A DNA stretch of 64,000 nucleotides, from NCBI RefSeq assembly GCF_963921235.1, contig NC_086109.1, positions 3,846,001 through 3,910,000 of the forward strand, read 5' to 3'. Positions 26,142 to 36,470 of the stretch are shown in pieces (position 1 is the stretch's first letter; the number at the start of each line of letters is the position of its first letter). Position numbers and translations under genes: made by a program. The notes beneath the pieces were generated by a model. That model had not been told where the DNA came from. It saw only the letters and a program-made list of their open reading frames with translations, and did no database searches. This stretch comes from Mobula hypostoma. Its lineage: Eukaryota.

Positions 26142-27444
26142 ATATTGTAAAGACACTGCCCAGAAGGATGAAATGGCAGCTACTTCTGTAGAAAAATTTG
26201 CCAAGAACAATCATGGTCATGGAAAGACCATGACCATCCATGTCATACAACACGACACATAATGTTGATGATGAAGGACCGAGCAAGGGACTAGCCATAA
26301 TTCTTTACTTGTTGGTGCAGACCGTCACTGCAGAAAATTCTGGCTTGTTTGAATCCTGTGCCAACTAATCCCTTAAAAAGGAGGAGTCTATTGAGTGAGA
26401 TTGACCACTCTACTGGGGCTTCCATGTCAGAGCATTTCCAGATTCCCAATCCAGAAATATATCGATCTCAGCTTTGAATGAAATCAGGGGTGGAGTCTCC
26501 ACAGCCACTGGATGAGGAAATTCCAAAAGTCACCACCCTCTGAGTAGAGAAATTTCTCTTCTGTTCAGTCTTAAATAACTAATCCCTTATTCTCAAAGTA
26601 TTCCCAAGATCATAAGGTCCTCAGGAAGATTTTAGGTGCTAAAACCAGACAAGGCCCTTGAGGAATATAAAAAGTCTTGAATCACGTGTGAGTTTTTGAG
26701 AAAGTGACAAAGGGTAGGACAGTGAGTGTAGCCTACATTTATAAACCCTCAAGTAAAGCTGCAATGAGCTGGTAAATTGGATCTGAAACTGACTTGGTGG
26801 GGTGTTTTTTTGACTGGAGATCTGTGACCATTGGTACCATAGTAATCAGTGCTGGGATTTCTATTGTTTGTAATATGTATCGACGATTTGGATAAAAGTG
26901 TAGTTGGTCTGATACACAACCAATTCTGAAATTGGTGCATTTGTGGGCAACAAAGAAATTTTTCAAAGGATGTTGGGAGAATATTGTTCAGTTAGAAATC
27001 TGGCCACAGAAATGGCAGATGGAGTTTAATCTAGACAAGTTCATTGGAATTTGATAGATGTATGATCTGTAAAATTATGAAAGGCATAGAGAGGGTAAGT
27101 ATTCAGTTTTTTATCGTATACTGAGCTCTTAGGTTTACGATGAAAGGGGGAATGTTTCACTGGGCTGCATGAGGCAGCTTTTTTCTACACAAGGCGCCTA
27201 GAATATGCTGTTCCTGTTAACAATTCCTGGGATGTGCAGGTCACTGGTGAGACCCACATTTTACTCCCGGCCCTCAATGTCCTTGAACTGAGTGGCCAGC
27301 TCAACCACTTATGGGTAGTTAAGATCAGAGCACATCTCTTTGGACAGGAGCCACGTGTTGTCAAGCTGGGTAAGGATGGCAGATCCCATACTCTGCCGGG
27401 TGTAAGGTAACCGGACTGGTTTGGTCAGCAATGCAGTCATTCCA

Positions 27445-28430
27445 CAGAATCAGGTTTAATATCACCGCCATATGTTGTGAAATTTGTTGTTATCTGACAG
27501 CGGTGCATTGTGATGCGTAATAATGAAAATCTGTAAATTACAGAAAGAAGTAAATACAGTTAAATTAACTAAGTAGCACAAAAAGAGAAAAATTGTGGAG
27601 AGGTAGTGTTCATGGGTTCAGTGTCTATTCAGAAATCGGATGGCAGAGGGGAAGAGGCTGTTCCTGAATCACTGAGTGTGGCCGCTCTACCTCCTCCCCA
27701 GTGGTGACAATGCAAAGAGGGCATTTTCTGGCTGACGGGGGGTCCTTATTGACGGATGCTGTTTCTTTCAGGATTCACTCCCTGACGATGTCCTGGATGC
27801 TGGGGAGACTTTGTGTCCATGGTGGAGCTGACTGAGTTCTCAACTCTGGGTAGCTTATTTCAATCCTGTGCAGTGGCCCCTCCATACTAGATGGCGATAC
27901 AGCTAGTTAAAATGTTCTCCATGGTACATAGAACATAGAAATCTACAGCACATTACAGGTCCTTCAGCCCACAATGTTGTGCCAACCTATGTAACCTACA
28001 CTAGAAACTGCCTAGAGTTTCCCTACCACATAGTTCTTTATTTTTCTAAGCTCCATGTGCCTATCTAAGAGGCTCTTTAAAGGACTCTGTTGTATCTGCC
28101 TCTACCACTGTCACTGGCTGTGCATTCCACGCATCCACCACAATCTGTGTGAAAAACTTACATCCGCCTTCCAAGCACCATAAAACTATGCCCCCTTGTA
28201 TTAGCCATTTCAGCCCTGGGAAAAAGCCTCTGCCTGTAGAGATTCCTCCGTCTGTAGAAATTCGTGAGTACCTTTGGTGAAATACCAAATCTCCTCAAAC
28301 TCCTAATGAAATATAGCCTCTGTCATGCCTTCTTTGTTACTGGCATCAACATGCTCAGCTCAGGATTGATCCTCAGAGATGTTGACGCCCAGGAACTTAA
28401 AATTACTCACTCTTCCCACTTCTGAATTAC
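27445..28430 (-). mobile_element. Rex1-like LINE 3' fragment interrupted by a CR1 3' end (about 27925-28235)
   Basis: Same 3' UTR and GAATCAG tail as 43445-43760. The Rex1-like sequence resumes after the CR1 piece. Confidence 0.7.
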
Positions 28431-31223
28431 AAAAGTCCAAAGTAAATTTTGTAATCAAAATACACCCATGTCACCATATACAGCCCTGAGATTTATTTTG
28501 CTGTGGACATACTCAGCAAATCTATAGATTTGTAACTATAACAGGATCAATGGAAGATCAACCAGAATGTAGAAGACAACAAACTGTGCAAATGCAAATA
28601 TAAATAAATGGTAACGAATAACAAGAACACGAGGTAATGAGATAAAGAGTCCTTGAAAGTGAGATCATTGGTTGTAGGAACATTTCAATGATAGGGCAAC
28701 TGAGTGTAGTTAACCCCTTTTATTCAAGAGCTTGACGGTTGTAGGGTAGTAACTGTTCTTGAACCTGGTGGTGTGAGTCCCGAGGCTCTTGAACCTTCTA
28801 CCTGTTGGCAGCAGCGAGAAGCAAGCTTGACCTGGGTGGTGGTTTATACGTAGTAGTTATTTTTAACTTAATTATCTGACTATGCATTCGCCATCTGCTG
28901 TTAAACCAGCCTTCTACATCTCTAGTAAACAATCCGTTAAGGCACAGTGTTTGCAATATGCTACTTTTGGTTTCTGTTTATACTTGTATAGACTTAACCC
29001 AATGTATCTTGACAACATCTAAATTAAAGCTTTTATTTAATCATTGTTGCTGTTACTTTCACAGTTTCTACTAGTAATATTTCAGGATACATAAAAAGAA
29101 AATATTGCACATCTGGAGGTATCAGTCCCTGCCCCTGCCACACGCTGTAATCACTCAGCACTCTGAATATATCAGAAGGAATAATTGTGCAGTGCACAAC
29201 ATCACAAGGAGGGAACACTACAAATAACAGCACAGATGCTGGAGCTGCAAGCCAACTGCTCTCTATTACTGGTGTAACATTCCACTTCACAGTGGTGAAA
29301 ATTGCAAACGCCTCTCTCAAACGAGAGGCACTTATTTAGCAATACCACATGAAAAGCGTGTTTAACGAGAAAACAGCTGTGATTATGACTTTCAAGGCAT
29401 CCAAATCCACGCAGGAGAAAAAAAGGCACTCCACAAATATTCCTGTCGGCGCTCGGTTTGCAGAATGGAGTGCTGGAAATTGCTGAGATCTCTGCTTTGT
29501 ATTTTTGAAGGAGCAGCCTTGTTTAATCTACAGCTGTGCCTTCATTACCACCCATAACCTCCACTGACACTCTCGATACTCAAAACATGCAAAACTCTAC
29601 CCTGTGCATCTAATTAATATTCTGACAGAACAGGTGGTTCCAGATAAATAATGAACAGCCAAGCCAAGAGAAGTTTTTGCTGCGATCAGCGTATAATATT
29701 TGGAAAAGGATTTCAATAGATTGTGCTTTTTGCAATATCTGTATCAACACTATTTAATAATTTATCATATAATCATATCCAGCCAAGCAGCATGGAAAGC
29801 ACTGACACAGGCAATTCCCACTGAAGACTTTATTAAGAAAGAAAAGACTTGTTTTCCTCCGGCACCTTTGCTCACACACCAATGTGCACCGCGCAGGGCT
29901 TTCCGTGTGCAGTCTCTGTTGTATTGCGGGGTGGTTGCACAAAGAGTTTCCACAGCCAACAATATGATATTTTCTAGAAGTTAAGGGGTAAATTTGGACA
30001 GGGCACAGGGTAGAATTCTCAGTTTTCTTTTGGGAATGCACTGAGAGCATTTACAGCTTCCTGTGGGGTAGATGGCATTCAGCATCTCATTCTAAATATG
30101 GAATCTCTGGTTATGCTGCGCTCCACCAGGACTGCACCATACAGGCTCTGGGGTGAGACTTAAGCCATTAGCCTCCTGATTCAGGGACCAGAGAGATGCT
30201 ACTGATTTTCACAGCCTTTCCACTTAATGCAGGAAATTACTCAAATGTCCTGTTAGAATTATAGAACACCAGAGCACAAAAATATGCCCTTCAGCTCATC
30301 TAGTCTGTGCCAGACCATTCCACATCCCTTCCCATTCATGTACTTACCAAACTTTTCTTAAAAGTTGCAATCGAACGAGTATCCACCACTTCTGCTGGCA
30401 GCTCATTCCACACTCAAACTGCCCTCTGAGTGAAGAAATTCCCCCTCAGGTTCCCTTTAAGTTCAGTTTCAAGTTTATTGTCTTTCAGCCATACACATGC
30501 ATACAGCTAAATGAAACATTGGTCCTCTGAGGTCAAGGTACAAAACACAATACATATAGTCACACGCAGCACACATAATAGAGCACCAACACTGTAGTTC
30601 TGATAAAGCACAATACAATCACAAAATAAAATTAGCATGTCCCTGAGTGTTATGGCCTGAAGATTGATGGTGCATAGGATGTTGTCCTGGAGCCATATTT
30701 CTGCAAGAACAAGCACGTAGCAGTTCCTCATCTCACACTGGGTAATATTACACCTTTCATTCATAACCAATGATCTCTAGTCTCACCCAGCCTCAGAGGT
30801 AATCAGTACCTTGAAATGCCCATGGTAGAGGTGGAGCTGTTACCCCTGTAATTGACAGTGTGAAACAGGGTCCATCTTCTGCTTTCTGGTATTACTTTCC
30901 AGCTAAGATTTCAGCTCGTTTATTGTGTTAATTCACGAGGTGAAGAGGGAAAATCTTTTCATTATCATTACAACATGATTACGACATTGCAAGGCAACAC
31001 TGACCACTGCTGAGATATTCACCCTTTCTGTGTAAACCAACAAACAAGCAAACATTTTTGTAAAGGCAGACGCACTTTGAAGTTGACGGATCAATGAACA
31101 AGATTGGCACCCAGCTTTTATGAAGCTGTGAAAACTGTCAATTATTTCTCAAAAACAGGGATTACATATTGACAATTCAATGCATCCAAATGTAAAACTG
31201 CCTTGTGTTTTGTTGAAATTCAG

Positions 31224-31317
31224 TGGCAATACCTCCCTGATTGTCTTCGGAACCAACTTGGATATAATTCAAGAACCCAGGATCCGGGTGAAATACAACA
31301 GCCAGGAGTCTCTCAAC
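31224..31317 (+). CDS. PLXNA2: Plexin-A2 coding exon (IPT/TIG), 94 bp
   Basis: aattcAG acceptor, GTAAGT donor. Reads (S)[31 protein letters not shown]. Found by reading for the expected QEPRIRVK motif; it restores frame (phase 2 to 0). The ORF track shows a different frame here. Confidence 0.95.
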
Positions 31318-31449
31318 GTAAGTCTTTGACCAATGCTAAACGCTCTTTCCAATGGCGCAAGTCTACGTTGTGTGATGGTCACGATGGTCACACTGCTTCT
31401 TGTACTGGTAGGGACATGATGGGCCAAATGGCTTATTTAGATCATAGGT

Positions 31450-32075
31450 AGACAGGGTTGTAAAGAAGGCTTTTGGCATCCTGGCAGCCATAAATCAAAG
31501 TATTGAGTATAGGAGATGGGATGTTATGGGGAGGTTGTATAAGACATCGGTGAGGCCAAATTTGGAGTATTGTGTACAGTTCTGGTCACCTAACTATAGG
31601 AAGGATATCAGTAAGATTGAAAGAGTGCAGAGAAGATTTACTAGGATGTTGCTGGGTCTTCAGGAGTTGAGTTACAGGGAAAGATTGGAGCATAGAAGAA
31701 TGAGGGGAGATTTGATAGAGGTTTACAAATTTATGAGGGGTATAGACAGAGTAAATGTGAATAGGCTCTTTCCACTTAGATTAGGAGAGATAAGTATGAG
31801 AGGACATGGCTTTAGGATGAAAAGGGAAAGGTTTAAGGGAAACATTAGGGGGAACTTCTTCACTCAGAGGGTGGTGGGAGTGTGGAATGAGCTGCCATCT
31901 GAAATGTGGGCTCACTCTTAAGTTTCAAGAGTAAATTGGACAGGTACATGGATGGGAGAGGTCTGGAGGGTTATGGACTGGATGCAGGTCAATGGGACTA
32001 GTAGAATAATTTTTCGGCACAGACTAGAAGGGCTGAATGGCCTGTTTTCTGTGCTGTAGTGTTCTATGGTTCTAT
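31450..32075 (+). mobile_element. CR1-clade LINE 3' fragment
   Basis: RLYKTSVRPNLEYCVQFWSP.YRKDI.KIERVQRRFTRML..RGNFFTQRVVGVWNELP, then the 3' UTR ending TTCTATGGTTCTAT. Confidence 0.92.
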
Positions 32076-35000
32076 AAGACCATTAGGCATAGGAGGAGGA
32101 TTGGGCCATTGGCCCATCGAGTTCTCTGCCATAACATCATGGCTGATTTAATACCCTTCTCAGCCCCACGCTCCTCCCTTCTCCCCATAACCTTTGACAT
32201 TCCAACTAATCAAGAAACTATCAATCTCTGCTTTAAATACACCCAGTGACTTGACCTTCACAGCCATCCGTGGCAGCGAATTCCACAAATTCACCAGCCT
32301 CTGGCTAAAGAAGTTCCTCTTCATCTTCAATCTAAAGGGACGGCCCTCTAGTCTGAGGCTGTGCCCTATGGTCCTAGACTCTCCCACTATAGGAAACACC
32401 CTCTCCACGTTTCTGTGCTCTACAGTTCAGTGACTTTATAAAGTGGGGAGAGGGAGCAGATCTGAGGAAGGGCCAATGATCAAAAACATTCCCTCGGCAG
32501 CTTCCACAGTATCTGTTTGAAAAAAGCAGGCACCCGGCCAAGCACCAAGCAGCATTCACATTATCAATCCAACAGATTTATGAGAAGCATTTTGGAGTTA
32601 CAGACTTATCTTTTATTGTTTATTCTCGTGAATTATACAAATATAGAGAAGGATTATGAAGCAGCCGATTAGCTAATTATTTCATAATCATGTTCAAATG
32701 AAATGGAAAAGCAGTGAGTTCCAGTTACAGCAAGGTGCCATGTGGTAACGCAGGGAAAATAGAGCATTTTGTGCAAATTCCTTACCTGTTACTTCGCACA
32801 GAGAGGGTTAATGGACTCTCTGAAAGTCCTTAATGGTGTTTAATGAGAGATTAACAGGGCAAAAACACCTTTGTCAGCATTGAAAGAAGGAGGTCGCGCG
32901 CACGAGAGAGTAATCAGTATTGATTTAACTTTGTACTTTTCTGTGGCCTTTTTTTTAATTCAGTAAATTAGTCATTAGTTCACTGTGGAAAAACTCGTGG
33001 GGCTCTGTCTGGCTGGGACAGGATTGACTGCATGGGACTTCAGTTCAATATTTGAAGAGTTTGCTTCACAGAATCTCATTTTAGGACTGCATTCATGCTG
33101 GGAAATTTAGTTTAAATTAACTCTCCCTCGAGGGAGAGGGGAATGAAAAATAAAGCAACAGTACATCAAGCTGTACTTTCATATGTACTTGTAGGCTGTA
33201 AAATTATTGATTTTTTAAAAAAGAAAATTATCACTGCGGTGTTTTGTGTACCAGAGGGAGAGAGAATGGTATAGAATATGTCCGTTTATGTCGCTGTAAT
33301 TTACAGAACAGTTTTGTTTGTCTGGGTGAATAATAAAACGCAATCAATATGAGGAACTGTATTTGCCGGCCTTTTAGCTCCACTTGTAGCAGTGTAAGGG
33401 ACAGTTGTTGAAACTGGAGAACTGCCAACGTTTGGTGACCAGCAATTCTCTGGTGGGACTCCTCAGACCCGCCTGCTGGTGGTATCTCATGGTGGATGCA
33501 TTTGGACGATAAAAGCCACCGCCCCACCCTTTCCCCCTCTCCCCCACGCTTTCCCCCTCTCCCCCACCCCTTCCCTCTCTCCCCCACCCCTTCCCTCTCC
33601 CCCCCACTGCTGGTGGGAGTTCATTGCTTTGTCAGATACAACGCGGAATAGGCCCTTCCAGCCCATTGAACCGTGCCGCCTGGCAAACCCCGAATTAATC
33701 CCAGATGAACTACAGGATAAATTGCATTGACCAATTAGCCTATCAACCAGTATGTCAGGGTCATTGAACCCGATCGCTGGTACTGTAAAGTGTTGTGCTA
33801 ACTACTACACTACCGTGTGGTAGGACTTGAACCGAGATCATCAGTACTGTAAAGCGTTGTGCTAACCACTACACTCCTGTGCCATGCCATCCCTTGGGAC
33901 ATAGCCATATCTGACACGCTGCATTTGGATGATTGCATGGTTGGTCTTCCATCCATGACCATGATCGTTCTTGGCAAATTTTTCTACAGAAGTGGTTTTG
34001 CCATTGCCTTCTTCTGGGCAGTGTCTTTACAAGCTGAGTGACCCCGGCCATTATCAATGCTCTTCAGGGATTGTCTGCCTGGTGTCAGTGGTCACATAAC
34101 CAGGACTTGTGATGTGCACCAGCTGCTCATACCACCATCCACCACCTGCTCCCATGACTTCACATGACCCTGACCGGTGGGGGGGGGCGGGGGGCTGCTA
34201 AGCAGGTGCTACACCTTGCCCAAGGGTGACCTGCAGGCTAGCAGAGGGATGCAGTACCTTACACTTCCTTTGGTAGAGATGTATCTCCACCCTGCCACCC
34301 ATGTATTGAGATAACTTTTGTAAAACCATCTATCTTTAATACTCATTAGTTTTCAAACAGTCCTTTCATAAAGTGATTTCATGGGTAATATTCTGATTTC
34401 TTTTCACTTTTCTGTGCATTTCCTGCAGCTTTCAGGGTTATAGGGGGATGTCAAGGTAAGATCTTCACACAGAGAGCATCGGGTGTGTCGACTTCACTTG
34501 GAGTATTGTGTTCAGTTCTGGTTGCCTCATTATAGGAAGGATGTAGAAGCTTTAGAGAGTGAGCAGAAGAGATTTACCAGTAATTTGCCATGTCTCATAA
34601 GGACAGGATGAGCGAGCTAGGGATTTTCTCTTTGGGGTGAAGGAGTTTGAGAAGTGACTTGATAGAGGTGTACAAGATGATAAACAGAATAGATTGAGTA
34701 GATAGCCAGAGACTTTTCCCAAGGGTGGAAATGGTTAACTTTAAGGCTTAATTTTAAAATGATTGGAGTAAAGTATGGGGGGGGGGATGTCAGAGGGAGG
34801 TGTTTTAATTTAAGAGAATGGTGGCTGCATGGGACACACTGCCAGGAGTGGTGGTAGAGGCAGATACATTAGATAGGCACATGGATGATAGGGAAATGGA
34901 GGGCTATGTGGGAGGGAAGGGTTAAATTGATCTTAGAGTAGATTTAAAGATTGGCATAACATCATGGGCTGAAGGGCCCGTACTGTGCTGTCATGTTCTT

Positions 35001-35366
35001 TGTTCTGTCATCTCCATTCTCCCTGTCATCGTAACCATGGATACCCCTCCCCCCAAAGGGCTGGGTGCTGGTCCCTTTGCCATACACCCTGCTCACAGAC
35101 TCAAAGACAGTTCCTTTCCCCAAGTAGTAAGGCTGATCAGCACCTCCACACACTAACCCACCTCTCCACACCCCCAGCCATCACTATTTTCTCATTTCTT
35201 GTTACAGCCATCTTATGTACAGACTTTCCTGTGCCTAGCGTCACTTTATGGACATACAATCAATCTGTGTATACAGTATAAGCTGTCTTATGTATTCCCA
35301 TTTATTGTGTTTTTATTATTAATATTATCATAAACACTATAGAGGTCTGCAGAGCAACTCACACAG

Positions 35367-35504
35367 AATGCTGGAGGAACTCAGCAGGTCAGGCAGCATC
35401 TGTGGAAGTGAAAATACAGTCCCAAAGAAGGCTTTCAGCCTGAAACGTCGACTGTTTATTCATTTCCACAGATCCTGCCTGACCTGCTGAGTTCCTCCAG
35501 CATT
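35367..35504. repeat. Inverted repeat (about 55-bp arms) of Penelope-like terminal sequence
   Basis: AATGCTGGAGGAACTCAGCAGGTCAGGCAGCATCTGTGGAA pairs with TTCCACAGATCCTGCCTGACCTGCTGAGTTCCTCCAGCATT. The loop is a decayed hammerhead core. Confidence 0.9.
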
Positions 35505-35711
35505 TGTTATTATTGTGTTTGTGCTTCTTTTTCTGTGGCATTGGATGCTTAGTAGCAATTATTTCATTCTCCTTTACACTTGTGGACAGGAGATGACATT
35601 AAACAATCCTGAATCTTGGGGTCAATGTTCTCCGTATCCATGTGAGGTTGAGCTTGTGCTTCGGGTGTTCCAGATGTTGAAAGGAGACTCACGCCTCTTG
35701 TCCTGTTGCAG

Positions 35712-35951
35712 GTGTGTGAAGTGGTGAACTCTACAACCATGACCTGCCGAGCTCCCGCTCTCACCCACGAGCATCAGCCTGGGCACGACACGGTGGAGCG
35801 CCCCGATGAGTTCGGCTTCGTCTTCGACAACGTGCAGGCTCTGCTGGTTTATAACAACACCAACTTCGTCTTCTACCCCAACCCGACCTTTGAAGCTCTG
35901 AGTGTAACAGGCATGCTGGAACAGAAGCCGGGCGCCCCCATCATACTCAAA
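35712..35951 (+). CDS. PLXNA2: Plexin-A2 coding exon (IPT/TIG), 240 bp
   Basis: ttgcAG acceptor, GTACGT donor. Reads [80 protein letters not shown]. Phase 0-0. Confidence 0.97.
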
Positions 35952-36084
35952 GTACGTGTCTACATCCGTAAGTTGGAGTGCCGCGTTGTACGCTCATCCC
36001 CTGCCCTGTTCCGCTGTGGCCGTGGCTGTCTCAGCTCTTCACTGCGATGCTGACCCTTCCTGTCAGAAAGGTTCAACTCAGGAG

Positions 36085-36470
36085 AACTTGCAGATGCTGG
36101 AAATCTTGAACAACACCCACAAAGTGCCGGAGGAACTTGGCTGGTCAGGCAGCATTTACGGAGGGGAATTAACAGTGAGACCCTTCATCAGGTTTGGAAA
36201 GGAAGGAGGCAGAAGGCAGAATCAGAACTGGGGGAAAGGAAGGAATACAAGATGGAAGGTGATAGTTATACATTATGTATCACCTCCCGGCTTCTTACTT
36301 CATCCCTCCTCCCTCCATGGAAGGCTCCTGATGAAGAGTGCATCTTGGTCTCGTTCCGAAGCATCGACTGTTTATTCCTCTCCATAGATGCTGCCCGACC
36401 TTGCCGAGATCCTCCAACATTTTGTGGGTGTTGCTCTCAATTTCCAGCGTCTGCAGAAACTCTTTTGTTT
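36085..36470. mobile_element. Inverted pair of Penelope-like terminal fragments
   Basis: TGCAGATGCTGGAAAT.. at about 36090 is the reverse complement of ..TTTCCAGCGTCTGCAG at about 36440-36456. A CTGATGAAG remnant lies at 36328. Confidence 0.75.

Noticed and set aside
29065..29118. Possible alternative exon (tttcacAG ... GAG/GTATCA)
   Set aside because: In the required phase it reads straight into TAG and has no plexin similarity. A poison exon cannot be excluded but is unsupported.
21815..35711. Apparent loss of the plexin exon encoding ..QEPRIRVK..
   Set aside because: It is present at 31224-31317 with canonical splice sites; the ORF track shows a different frame.
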